A stretch of 64,000 bases of DNA, taken from the NCBI GenBank assembly GCA_002633005.1, contig NMRA01000184.1, positions 251,255-315,254 on the forward strand. The letters are read 5' to 3'. Below the pieces are notes generated by a model. That model saw only the letters and a list, made by a program, of their open reading frames with translations, was not told where the DNA came from and searched no databases. This document shows positions 36,884 through 50,440 of this stretch, piece after piece. A program made the position numbers and the translations under genes. Position 1 is the stretch's first letter. Each line of letters opens with the position of its first letter. This DNA is from Phoronis australis (Eukaryota; Animalia; Phoronida).

Positions 36884-37372
36884 CTGAAATACAATTACTG
36901 CATATTTAAGGAGTGTAAATCGATTCCATGGCCCAATCTCTAACTTTTAGCTACAATCCCCTAAACCACAGTCCAAACCAGCAAAAAGCAAGCCCACATT
37001 ACAAATTGCAAACCAGTGCACTCAAAATTCTCCCTCGTACCAAAAATAAACCATTACCTCACGGGGGACCAAAACTCCAATCTCGGGGACCAGTCTAGGA
37101 AGGGAATCGGGTCCATGGGAATGGAGTCTGGTCAGCAACTGTCGACCACTATTGGCAAGTGTGGAGAGTTAAGGGGAGTGGCTATGGCTTATTCTTGGGA
37201 ATGGCGTTAGGGACTGGTGCTTAGGGTGAGGTCATGGAATATCCTGTTTGTCATTACTTGTGTTGAAACCGAGGGTGCAACAATGACATTATGCAGGCTC
37301 CACTGTATTACAACATACTGCATGCTGAGAATAACTCTAACTGAATTTTATGATACAGTGATGCAAACGTAC

Positions 37373-37470
37373 TCGTGATTTCCAAAGTAGGAAGCGATGT
37401 AAAGTGGTGACTCTCCCATCTCTGTCTTCAAGTTGATATCACAGCCACTGGACAGCAGCAGCTTAGAAAC
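37373..37470 (-). CDS. ASB-like gene, middle coding exon
   Basis: ttcaag|GTT ... GA|gtacgt; VSKLLLSSGCDINLKTEMGESPLYIASYFGNH(E), an ankyrin repeat; phases fit both neighbours. Confidence 0.85.
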
Positions 37471-40400
37471 CTTGAAACCGAAGCACACAATATTATTAAT
37501 CAATCATGAATTTCAGCTCACATGAACCCTCAAAGCTCATGGTCTTTTTAAATACAGGGGTATCCTACTTCAGTACAATGGTGTGAGATTAGACTCTGCA
37601 CCCACCCCAGCGGTCTCAGGTAACACGTTACTGAATGTGCTGCTGTCATGTGTTCTGTATGCAAAAATGCCCGACTCAGTTTTGGAAAAAGGAAATTTAT
37701 CAAGCAAAATTGGTACTGGAAAATAAAAACCTCCAGAAATCACAAAAACAACACTGTAAGGTTATTGCCAATGAGGGCAGTAACAACTTTGTTTGTGATC
37801 GTGATGATGATGGTGATGTTTCTGGTGACAAGCAGTGAATGTCTAAAATCTGATTGCCTATTGAATGTCTTAGGAAAGTTGTGCCTGTCATTGGCATGTT
37901 GTCTTGCACCTGCGCACAGAATTTGAAAAAAAGTTGTAGAAATAATATTTTGAAATTTAATAACCTCTGCATCATTAGACCCTTTCAAGTAAAGGAGCTA
38001 AAATAGTAGGATATTAGCAAATCAAACAAAAATGAAGATAATGCTGAGAATCAGTGTCATCTAGCTGCAGGAGAATACAAGTTGAATGAAAAAGTCAAAA
38101 TTTAAGAAGACAAATGTACCTAATGATCCAATAAGAACACCATATGAACACAAAGTTTGTGATAGAAACTTACTTGCATGAACTAATATAATAAAAAACT
38201 CCTTAATATGCATGGAGAGTTACTAATAAAGATACGGATGGAAATTTATACATAACTATCGTCACATCGTCTTTAACGAGACTTGTTTAAGACAAGGCAT
38301 TCAGCTGAATTACACACATACCAATTACAGAAAAATTTGAAGTCTCCAGCTCAAAATTTCTGTTAGCACTGAATACTGCTGTAAAATCAGACCCGTTTAA
38401 CAGATCCAAACCCATACAGCGAACCCTTCTCTAGAGAAACTCGTAATGAAAAACCAACTCATATGAGCAGCACATGTCATATATTCTTCTAATGTAAATA
38501 GTTCTATCTCACAAGCAAAACCAAAATGAACTAGGAAAGGTCATTCACAACAAAAACGTTTCTCCAATGCAAAAAGTATCGTCGTGAATGGCAAGATAAT
38601 ATAGGAAAACACTTTTTAGCTAAAGTGGCTGCAAACTCACCTCCCATCACAAAATGGCATTTGACTTAGAACACTTACTATTACATCTAGGTCTTAAACT
38701 GTTCCTTAGTCAAATTAGAAATGATTCCTGGGTTTGGGAAGAACTGATATCTAAGGCTCGGTAAGTTCACTTGTCTCGGTGGGTCACTTTATCTATCGAA
38801 TATTTCAATTAGCACTCATTACAATTATCTTCAGAACACAACAGTTTCCAAATCCAGAAATTACTCTTGTCTAGTACTTAGCGTTAGGGCTGTCTTGTCT
38901 TGCACCACCTAACTTGCACATCAAAATCTCGCCAATTTAGGACACAATATGATGGACAAGTGAAACCCTATTTCCCCATGAATATATTTAGTAACAAAGT
39001 AATGCCTTTACAATGTTCAAGGTTTGTACCATAGATACCACCAGACAATATTTTGAAAATTTGCAGACATTCACTATAATGTTGGAGGCCATTGAAAAAT
39101 GTCATTTCACTCATTAAATATATTTATCTGAGCATATGGACCCGTCTTACTCCCGCCTTCCCCCCTCATTTTGGTCTATTCCATTATTCCTTTGTGTATA
39201 ACTACACATCGTTTTACCAGCCTTCATCACGTGCCTCGAGTTTGGTCAGCTCTTGGCTCTCATAGGCTGATGATTGTCACGTGCCCTTAGGCGTTTTTCT
39301 TTGTTATTGTAACCTTGCTTACAGTTCACCTTTGTTCCGGCCACATTGTCGTACTTATTAATTTTTCCCACCCTCTACCTCCCAGTTTTCGTCATTCTCC
39401 TGTACTATGCTTTTTTATTGTCCATCTTACCAGAGATTACCATTTTTATATTACTTATCTGTATTCATTACTAATTGTATTAGTCATAATAAATGACCTT
39501 ATATCGCCAACCTCGGTCTCCTTTTCATCTCTAGTAACGAGCTTGCGACGCACGTATCATTTATCTATTATTCGGGACTTATGTCGATCATAAGTGTAAA
39601 AACAATGGCTATTTTGGCGATTGTTCCAAATTTGGTGACACTTTACTGTATATCTGACATGTCTTAAGTAGTTTCAGCCACTCTTTCATTGACCTAAATT
39701 AAGCCACCAATACTATGGTAACTGATACACCTAAGCTGTGTTCAGACCAACTAAACCTGGTTGTAACTCTTTCTATAGTTGTAACTGTTATGTAATCGGT
39801 AGGTTCAGGTTCACACCAACAATTATAACTGTTGTAACTCTAATTTGTAGTTTCAGTCACCAGTGGTCAGTGCTTCTGTGTTCCATTATTGACAGCAGCG
39901 CCACCTACTGAGTTATAACTTTTGCAACTGTCATGCTCAATCAGACTTTAACAAGAGTTCAATATAGTCTCTGGCAAAACCACCCTTACAGAGGGTTAAC
40001 CAGCACAGCTACTGTGCTTTCAAAAGCAGGTTCAAAGTGTTCAGAGTCAGGCTGAAAGTCAGTATAACATTGGTTTTAAAAGCTATAAACGCTTTGGCGT
40101 GAACAGGATACACATGAAAAAGTAGTTGTGTGTTTACGATATCAAAAGTGTCAACGGAAGATTTTTTTCGTGCTGCCATGACGGCATTTTCCCATTCGGT
40201 GACTTTGCAAGATGTAGAGGGTTGTGAGTGTGTGATAACATCTAGATTCTTTGTTAACTGCCAAGCACAGTCTTTTGTCAGGTATGACAACAGGCAGGCC
40301 AATTATCTACCAGGCTTATCACAGACCAAGTGTGAACACAGTCAAACCCAGAACGAGATTGGTACGTTCAAAAAGAATAGAGTGTCGTAATTTCGGTTGT

Positions 40401-40955
40401 AGTTTGCCGATTTTGAAGATTCAAAAACTAAACATGATCATTTGATGAGGATTTCAGAAATGCTATTAATTTATGTTCCAATATGATATAACATATTAAC
40501 TTTTATTTTTAACAGCCCAGTCAGGCCACTGATACAATCTTATTGGAGATTAGAGCAATTATCGAACAAAAGAAAGCTGGCCCTCCAACCATAAATGCCA
40601 GAATGAAGTTAATCAGTCGTGTAAGATATTGGCTACATGGGTCATCTTACCAACTTGTTGTTGGGTTATAGAAATGAACAAGTTGGGAGCAACGGGAAAA
40701 ACACCGTAATGCAAAGATCTAGCATTTAACCATGCATGAAGTGGCATGCCTCCATTACTCCTGAGGAATATGTCACACCAAACCAACTTTTTGTTAACAT
40801 TACCAACCAATAATGGTGACACCAAATAAGTTGCCTCTTCAGTGACGCTGAAAAAAGGAGCAGACGGCCTGATATTAAGTCACAGTTAGGTAATGAGGCT
40901 ATGGGGTCATGTATGCACTGGATGACCTCATGTGTCCGCTACCACTAACACTTAC

Positions 40956-41093
40956 CTTCTTACAATCATTCTGGGCGATAGCTTGATGCAACGGTGGCAA
41001 CAAGTGTAACTCTTCCAGCTCCCGGTTCATAAAAATATCATGGTGGATATTCTTATTGATGAGTTGCTGACCTCTCACACTTGGTAAATCCAT
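40956..41093 (-). CDS. ASB-like gene, probable first coding exon (acceptor at 41119)
   Basis: MDLPSVRGQQ...LPPLHQAIAQNDCKK then AAG|GTAAG; PLHxA starts the first ankyrin repeat, completed by the next exon. Confidence 0.75.
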
Positions 41094-44000
41094 GAGTTCT
41101 GTCGAGTTGAATGGCACAGCTGAAAATGAGCTCGAGCCAATGAATCACGTCATTCACAATCGCTAATTAAGTTACTGCATAGCATATGCGACAGATGAGT
41201 AATCCTAAATACATTGATAGAGAACGTTTTGCCTTAAGAAACTGTTTGGTGTGCTCATTAATACTGTTTACAAGTGACTACAAATTTAGCATGTCTCTTA
41301 CAATAGTAATGAAATTGAATAACCTTTTTTGAAACAAGGGTAAAATAGCGATAGAGAAATGGTGAGGCTTGGAAATTTAACATAGTGCAAACTATGACTT
41401 GGAATACTAGCTGTTTCATTTCTAATCAATACCAATTTACTTAATTAACCCTCTTAACTTACTCAGCTCAAGATTAATGGAAAAGGCAAACTTCTGAGTA
41501 AACACGGCGACCTGTTTTGTTTCTCTCGTGACCAGTGCTGCAATGAAATCCTCGCTTACTAGTTCTCACATCACACAGGAAATATTAACTAAGTATGAAA
41601 TCTTACAGTTGGGTGTTTCATCCACCCACACAGCAAGAATTTGGGTCACTAAGCAGCATTGATCATTGGGTCACTGAGCAGCATAGATCATGCTGGCGTC
41701 AGTGTTTGGCATTGCATGAAAAGATCCGTGCAGACTTATTTTCAATAATACTGAGAATCCAACATAGAGTTCACTCTCCATTTATACCAAAGCCCCAAAA
41801 ACTGACTTAGTAATGATGTCCAAACAGCATAAGAAAGGACAATCAGCATTTTTTTATAAGTCCACAAATACGCAGTAGATTTAGGGAACATAGTAATAAG
41901 ACCTTATTTGGGACTGTTTCAAGCAACCGGGCACTGAATCCCACTGCCACTGCCAGGATTTCTGGACATTTTGATACAATGTGTTAAACTGCAGTTACCA
42001 GTAACAGAAATTGGGAAAAATCCGTGCACTTTAAAAAGACAATTTAAGGCCAAGATTGTGCACAAAGGCAATTGTGTGCACGATATGTATAGTAAATGCA
42101 GACTGGCAATAGTATTGGGCAGAAATCATTTACCCTGTTCAGCTGCGCTGAGAACAGACTAACAATACTTCATTGGTGACCGTGTAGTTATGAATAACGA
42201 GGAACACAAATTTTGCACTGAAAATTACCAGTAGTGTGTACAAAATGTTAAATGTTACAACACAATGCCACTACAACAGTAACAAAGTGGTGAACTCCAC
42301 TTGTTTCCGGCACTTCAGTTTCCATCATTCAATGAAAGCTGCAACCATCAAAGCAGGGATATGAGTAGGACAAGGGAAGAGGGGACGGCATTAAGTCAGA
42401 CGTTACACAAGACAACAGTTTTTATCATGTGCTTTGAATCCTTGCCAAATGACCTGACGTGTACGTGTTCCATTAGCCCGGAGGCTATTCTTGCAAGATC
42501 TCATGAACCTTGGCAAAGCATTGGCATGTAAGCAGAGCAATATCACCAGGCTTTTATTTCAAAGTTAAGTAGTATCAGGACCCAGTTTGTTTTAGTTTGG
42601 AACACATCTCTCAGAATTGGCGGATTCTAATGAAACTTGCTTTATGTACTGTTTTCTAGTATGCTACTCAGGAATTGTCGTGTTCCACTTTAGCAAGTGG
42701 GGCTACCAAAAATATTGTTAAAACATCAAAAGTTGCATAAAAATGATAAGAAAATTGATAATCTAGAGAACTGTAAGGAAATTCTTGAGATTTCATTTTG
42801 AACAACAGGTAAGGCAGTATACTATCAAACAAAATTTGATCACATTATAACCGTTGTTTGGCTGTGAATGTGCCCTTCTTTTTTTGTCAAATTTTAATAC
42901 AGAAAGGCATGGTCATCATGCATGCTCATATCAAGGAAGTTTGCTGTATAAAGTCATATATCAAATTGTACATGTTTTCTTCATTGTATCAGATGCCACA
43001 GTCAAGTTTGCACACTGCATGGCCACCGACTACTATCATATAGTCTGCCCCATTCCAAAAATTTGAGCTGGTCCTCTCCTAGCCAGCTTGCTATGTGGAG
43101 ACTATTGTAAAACTACAGCTAGGTACCACTGTTTCTTGAGCTCTGTAAGCCCCAAAATTTCACACAGCCCAGATAGTTCTGCTCGTCACCTCAACCGGTG
43201 GGGGTGCATGCAAAATCTGGGAGTCAACCAAGACTCACCTTGCCTGATGCAGCTGTTTAATTAACATCATTTTCTTGTATAATTCACTGCCTTTTGTAAC
43301 AACAAAAAGGCTATTGTCATTTTGAAAACAAAATACTCGTTACATGCCATGCAAACGTGTCATTTCTTAATTTTTTGCAACATCGCTCAGGAGATGATGG
43401 CAGTTTCGCAACAGCAAAGTTTGTTCTGAAAATTGGTTTGCTGGTAAAATACGAAAAACCTTAACGAAATGAAACCAGTTCTGATAGTTTGTTGAGATAT
43501 GTATGCAACTTCGTGGAGGAAGAACAGTTCATTGAAAAATCAGCGAAAAAAGGAACTGGCCAATAAGTGACCCTACATATCATGGCGCCGAAAGCCAACA
43601 CATAAGAACGCTCCACAACTTCAGCAGTATAATAACGGCAGAACGCTTATCTTTCCAACACCGCTATACAATTCAGTTGACGCAATGAAGAGTGTATTTT
43701 TGATCAAACTAATTTTTTTGCCACATTTTATTTGGCCATTTTTTACCCACATCAGCCGTGAGCACAAAGTTGTAAATTTATAGTACAAAACATTTAGAAT
43801 AAAACTTCGCACCAAAGCTAGTTCTTTACTTACAGTGTAAAGTCTAAGGGATCAATGCAAAAATCGGACAGATACAGAGAGTCTGAACTTGGTGGTCCTT
43901 CTGGTTTTAAGAATATTTTCATTCAAAAGTTGTCACTACCTACCGCGACATCTGTCACTTGTCAAGCTACCCATGGCATGACGATTACCAATGGTGCCCC

Positions 44001-45569
44001 AGTAGTGAGTCCAGCGCTGAGCGGGCACTGAGCGTTGAAGACAGTGTCACTGTCTCAACTAACACTAGATACAGTGGCTATTCCATAGGCTCTTCATACG
44101 GAAGCTTTTCGGCGAATTACTGATGTCCCATACTAATTAAACCATCAAAATAACGTAGCACCTTTTGTGCATAGAGGGACACCTTAGCTATGTTAACTGA
44201 TCTCTGAGTGATATCCTCTATGTACATATTTTTAAACTTGTTATAGTCGTTTTTTCTTTGTTAGTATTCATTGTTATACAGTGACATGATACTCAGGAGA
44301 TAGGCAATTACATCGTGATAGTACATCACCACAAAAAGTTACGAATTTCAAAATACAGGAAATCAATACCAAATGAAACATGCCTATATGCACATGGAGT
44401 TCTAATAAACACACACCATAAATCTGGAGACAATTCAGTCAAGATAATTTGAACAAATCGAAGAAAATCTGTTGCGATTTGCTCCAGTTTCTCTTACCAG
44501 GTGACATTTTGAAGAAGTTACGTGAAATCACGCATGTTGACGAATAAAAATCCAAGGGCCACAAATCTTACAAATTTCACCTGATACCTTCCTAACTCAC
44601 GCGACTCAGTTAAAATACTTTGTGGTCATCGCGCCATGGTGAAAAAGTTAACAATAACCAAAAAGTGGAGAAGGAATTCTTTGCCAAAGTTACCTTAATT
44701 GTCATAGCTATACTTCATCAAAGATATGTGTAGAAGTAGAAAGAAACACTGAAGAAAGTAATCGCTTTTTTTAAGTCACAGTTTTATAGAATGTATTTTT
44801 GACCGTCGAAGTGAAAACTCTCAATCTTTGATCAGATTTGGCCTGTAAGACGAAATTTGTACATAAAGCGATGTAGCCCTAACCGGCCAACCGAGGGGCT
44901 TGTGTTGCCTACTCAGCAGTCAGTGAGCCATGTGTGTAGGGACGTGACATAAAATTCAACTACTTATTTAATATTTAAAAATGCATTGATTTAAAAAAAC
45001 ATCAAAAACAGATTCAAACAAAAAAAATTAACAAAATCCGTTGAGTTGTTGACTTTTTATGAACGTTTGAAGAGCGATAATTAGCCCTTTTTTATGGCGG
45101 ACAATATGGCCACCATTATGACTGCAAAAACGTCAGATTATATTTTTACGTTAACGAACTATATGGTGTAATATACCAAATGATAGGTCTTTTCATTGCT
45201 TTTTTGAACAGAATGGTTAAAAAAATAGTTTAGGCAATATTTTCAACATTTCCGCAATAGCTGCCATTTTGGCATTACTGCATTAACGATCCACCAGAAG
45301 AGATTGATTCAGCAACCATGATGTACATGTAATATATGAATATTAAAGGTGTTTTTATGAACTGCAAGGATATCAAACTAGTGTTATGCATACATGTTTA
45401 TTTTGTACAAAATGGCTGCCAAGATGACTGCCATTCATAACACAAAAGTAGTAATACAATTTTACAAGACAAATGAAACCAACCGAAATTCATTCAATTT
45501 TAAGAACAAACTTATGCTCGACCGGCAACAAGACTACCCAGAGGTTCAACAAAAGCCCATCTGTAACAA

Positions 45570-45850
45570 ATACAAGGGCACACTGAGTGTATCGCATAGA
45601 GCACAGATACAAAGGATCGTCATTATTTTAATCCCACTAGGGGGTGCAATGCGGATGGAGCAAATGCACTCGAAACTTAAGGTGATGCAGAATACATCAA
45701 ATATGTCTGAAAATGGGAAGGCATTGTAGTCTCCTTAATAGAAACCTAACTACCAAGTTTCATGAAAATCCACCAGTGAACTCTGAAGATACACAGGAAA
45801 ACACAAGAAAAAGTTGCCCTTGGGGGCTCACCAATCATCAGATTGGTCTA
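45570..45850. mobile_element. Helentron/DINE-like non-autonomous repeat fragment
   Basis: acaagggca start, caagtttcatgaaaatcc core resembling the 63.3-64 kb array, cccactaggggg motif; truncates the neighbouring ORF. Confidence 0.45.
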
Positions 45851-46500
45851 AAACTCAATGGTAACTTTCTGGCGCTTTATCTGCTGTGTCAAATGCTTGA
45901 TCTGACATGCTTTTGTAGACTTCAGTGAAGACTTGAGATCACGAATGGTTTTCTTTTCCTTCGAAACATACTGTAGTCGTCTCTTTACTTTTTGTTTCCT
46001 ATATGTTAGGGCTTCTCGCTTAGAGGATGGAGTTGATGTGGATGGCTCCAATTCAACTGAAGGGCCAGCTTCAAGCTCTGGTTGTGTTAGCTCAGGAGAT
46101 AGAGGTTCATGGTGGGGGTCAGCAACCTCACAAGACTGGGTTCAGGAACGAGAGGAAACAACCCTTAACTCTTCGAAAACTTCTTTAAACTGGAACATGC
46201 TTCTTTTATTTGAAACTGATTGACACTCTTTAGTGACCTATTCACCAGCGAGTTGATGTTGCTTGTAGTAATTTTCCAATTACCAATAAGTTCACGTTTT
46301 AAAGTTTCCAATTACCAATAAGTTCACGTTTTAAAGTTGACACTATCTCAGTCAGTGATTTGTTGCACTGTAAGAACACATAGAGGGCATGACCATTTTT
46401 CATGTTTTCACTGGGAACAGAGTTGAAGTTCTCTTGCAGGAACTGCCTCGCTTTGCCAGACTGAGATGGAGCTGACAATTTTCTTCTTGTTTGGAGGCAT
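45848..46500 (-). pseudogene. Degraded ORF of unknown type, probably a transposon gene
   Basis: tttcag|A ATG CCT CCA AAC AAG; frameshifted protein-like pieces (ARQFLQENF..LYVFLQCNKSL.., EPSTSTPSSKRE..KQKVKRRL); 32-bp tandem duplication near 46273-46336. Confidence 0.4.
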
Positions 46501-47631
46501 TCTGAAAATAAGACATGTAAGAAAATTAACATACCAAAGTACAGTGTCATAATATATTTGTTGTACACCAAATGATTCAGACTGCCTTGCCCTGTAAGTA
46601 TTATTAAACACTCACTACAAACCCTCAAACTAAAGTTTAATTTTTTTACACTGATGTGCAACGCATGGAAAACATTCTACTTACATAAGCAACACATGAC
46701 AGAAAATTTATCCTTTTTGATGAGGTGTTTTGTGTACACAAAATGCACTGATTTATCATTTTTCAAAAAATTAAACAGTTCCTTTCCTTAATAAGTGTAC
46801 TTCAAGAACTTGAAAACTACAAATGTAAACTTCTCCAGTTGTGGACAAAATATCATGTCAGGCAAGTGTTATTATATTTTGTCAAATACCTCATGAAGGT
46901 AAAGGAATTGATGTTTACTTCGTTGTACCCACTTGATGATTTTCCAGGCACTAGCAACAAACTTAACTTTTGAAAGAATGACAATATCAGCAACTATTCT
47001 TGTCCCAAACTGAATTTTGATTAGAAAATCATTACATGTTATTCAGTGAAAAAATCAACGAAAACACTACTGTCATGTGGAATTGACTAAATGTGGGTTT
47101 ATTTCATAAAAAAACAGTAAAACATGGCAATATTGTGAAGAAAATCAAGCCAAAAATCACACCTTAAACATCATAAAAGAATTCGGGTTTTGAGCCAATC
47201 AAATCTCTAGGATTTGGTCACGTGACCAAAATTCGCCAGACAAATATTACCTATACCTATAATAAGTATTACAAACTCATCTATATACAAAAAATACAAA
47301 TGAAGATGTATGGAACTTCATCCAAATTGATCAATTTCGCTATTAATTTACATAAACTAATCAATCTACCTAATTTAAGAGCAATTGTTAACCATAAACT
47401 GCCATGCTGACACTGGTCTGTCATGGCTGGTCAGCGAGAATGCCTGCCCCAGGTCTCAACTTTCACAGTTAGCACATCATGATACGGTGAATTGATTAGA
47501 ATGAAATTTGGTGAACAGTTGCAAGAGATATAAAAAGAGAATACAGAATTCATTTCATAAAAGAAAATGTCTTACCTTTCAAAATACATGCGGTCAAACA
47601 GGAGTGAAAATTTTCCCACCTTCTCACCAGT

Positions 47632-50005
47632 TATGGTGGGTACTTGTACGGAATTCTCCGATGCTGACCGAGTCGCCTCGGTTGTGGTTTATTGATTAGT
47701 TAAGCGCCACTCTGGGTCTACTCTCGAGTTTGGTCAGACGCTTCAAGCTGGTGCTGTTGTTATTGTTCAGGTAGGCATTCTACAGATTGGTGTCAGAGGA
47801 GTGGGATGATTACGGTATAGGTTTATACTTGAAAGCTATGCTTTAGGTGTGTTAAAGGAAAGGGATTTGCATTTGGTTATTGTTTTTTGTGTTTAGTTGG
47901 AAATTGTTCAGTTAAAGTGTTTGGCAGGAAAAGGGGTGTGGTTTGAACTTTGACACAGATAAATAATACTCGGATAGTGTTTTTTTCTCTGAAATGGCTG
48001 AAGAAAAGGAGGATATTGTCTATATTATAAATACATTGAGAGGGTTATCGGTTGCTGCATTGGAGAGGGTGGAATTTTTGGATAATGAGGTTAGGTTACA
48101 GTTGATTATATTAAAACAGTGTTTGGTTAGAAGTGAAGTTCTGGACAAAAAGGGGGTTGTGTCAAATTGTGAATACGAAGATGGGCCAGATGGGGCATAG
48201 TACACCGGTGGATGCTTTACCTAGTTTTGATATGATGGATTTTGCGGGGAGTGGTGAGGATGAGGTGAAGAGTAAGGAGAGGGTGCGTACCTGGAGTGTG
48301 AAAGGTGTGAGACACGAGCGGTCCTGGCAATTTAAAGGTGGGGTAAAGGGGAGTGAGGAAGAAGATGAGGATCTACAAGGGGGTAGACATGGGGCTACAG
48401 GTAAGCGGAGTGATAGGAGCAGACAAGGACAGAGGGATAGTGGTAGAGGTAAGATGCTAGGAGTGAGAAGTATGACGTATAATGGTAAGTCTAGTTGGTC
48501 GGCATTCCATATGAAGTTTAATAGGTATGCTGTTAGGCAGGGATGGTCGGATAGAGAATGTATGGATAATTTGATTTTTTGTTTGGAAGGTGCTGCGGGA
48601 GAGTTTTTGACCAAGTATTTAGAACGGAACGGGAAAGTACATATTTTGAGAATTGCATGCAATTAGAGAAAAAATTTAGTTCGCTGGGGTCACCAGAGAT
48701 AGTTCAGTTAGAGTCCATGGGTTTAGTACAGAGTAAGGAGGTGTCGGTTCATGAATGGGGCGATGGGGTGTGGAGTATGGCAAGTAAGGCGTTTAGGGGG
48801 TTTCCATAGGAATACATGATGAGGCAGGCGGTGTTGAAGTTGTGCTACGGATCGTGGGATAAGGAGGCAGGGTTGAACATTGCCATGATGCAGCCAGGTT
48901 TGTTAGAGGAGGCAGTTTTGAAGTTACAGATGCAAATGCAGGTAAAAAGGGCAATCTTGGGTAAAAACGGGCCTCATCTGGTGGGTGATCCACCAAAAGT
49001 TCAGAAGGTTCAAAAAGAGGGTCAAGGGGGTGATAGTGAGGAGGTTATGGAAAGGATTTTGAGGCAGTTGGAGGAATTGAAGCAGAAGATAAATTCATCT
49101 ACTAGATCAAGATCTAGTGAGGGTTGTTATACATGTGGACAGTTGGGGCATTTCAGTCGGGAGTGTGGTCAGAATCGTGTGAAAGGGGGTTCCAGGGATG
49201 CTCGGTGCCAGATATGTAGTAGAGTGGGTCATAAGGCTGTTGAATGCTGGTCGAAACTGGGGAGCAGGTCTAGAAATGTAAGAGAAGGAGGTCCGAGTAT
49301 AAGGTGTTTTGTGTGTGGGGTGGTGGGTCATGTGGCGAGGAACTGTCAGGGGGTGAAGAGTGATAAAAGTATCCGACGTACGAGTAAGGAGTCCCATAGT
49401 AGCGGAGATGAAGGTAGTGAAGATGGAAGGGAAGATCAAGTGGAAGCACAAAGAAGTAATGAGAGTAGAAATGAAAGTTGTGGTGGTAGTGGTGCTTTAA
49501 ACTGCAGGGGATTGGAGAATTAGATCGACCTTCAATCCATTTTAAGGGTCTGGTTAAAAGGGCCGAGATTGATGTGGCTGGTTGGAGAGATAGGTGTAGT
49601 CAGAGAGGAAGATAGTGTGAAGTTGGAGGTAAAAAGGGTTAGTGCTGATAAGACGTGTTTTGTGGTGGTGGTAGTGGGATGATGGATGGAGGGTCACAGT
49701 CTGGGAGGGAGTAAGGTGTGGTGATGACTGAGGTGATTTGTTTTCTGTTGGATTATTGTGAGATTTATTATTTTGATGAGATTTATTATTTTGTAACAAG
49801 ATTATTTTTCTTGGTGGGGTGCATATTCAGCATTGGGGGGTTTTCTCTATGACGGGGAGGAGTATGGTGGGTACTTGTACGGAATTCTCCGAGTGGCCTC
49901 GGTTGTGGTTTATTGATTGGTTGAGCATCACTACGGATCTACTCTTGAGTTTGGTCGGATGCTGCAAGCTGGTGCTGTTGTTATTGTTCAGGTAGGCATT
50001 CTATA
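47632..50005 (+). mobile_element. Gypsy-like LTR retrotransposon, gag-only non-autonomous copy
   Basis: LTRs 47632-47784 and 49863-50005; 4-bp TSD CAGT; PBS TGGTGTCAGAGGAGTGGGAT (tRNA-Leu-like); PPT gacggggaggag; disrupted gag 47994-49523 with three CCHC knuckles; no pol motifs. Confidence 0.92.
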
Positions 50006-50008
50006 CAG

Positions 50009-50404
50009 TGGAATTTTGGAAACGAACATTTGATTGACAAGACCGCAATGGCTCACCGTTGGCCTATTTAAAGATTGAGGTGATGAAGTCACATCACCTA
50101 GCGAGCGCGGTAAAAATTAGAGCGTGCGCAGTATAAAAATGGTGAGTTCATGATTTTGGGAACTGAACGAGTGACTGCTCGAACAAAAATTTCGATAACG
50201 GGAGTATTTGTTCGAGTTGGAAGGAATTAAACACACCGCCAACCTCCTAAGGTGTTCCTCCATACGCAAAAGATATTTATAACGTGACTTTCATGCTTTA
50301 GCCAGTGCGAGGCACAATTCACCGAAAAAGCTTCCGACGTATGGAGCGCATATAGGAGCTGCATCGCCTCTGGTCGGGCCAACAGAGGCGATGGTCATTG
50401 CCTA
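50009..50404 (-). mobile_element. Terminal arm of a long-TIR DNA transposon (element A)
   Basis: Reverse complement of 50441-50843; ends ...CATTGCCTA; degenerate related arm at ~44090-44190. Confidence 0.7.
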
Positions 50405-50440
50405 GTCTAGTAGTCTCAGCTTACCGCAGCGCGTTGGCTT

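Noticed and set aside
47632-50005. RIP-like mutation (TG>TA, CA>TA at LTR ends)
   Set aside because: Only a few positions are involved, TG dinucleotides are abundant internally, and RIP is a fungal process.
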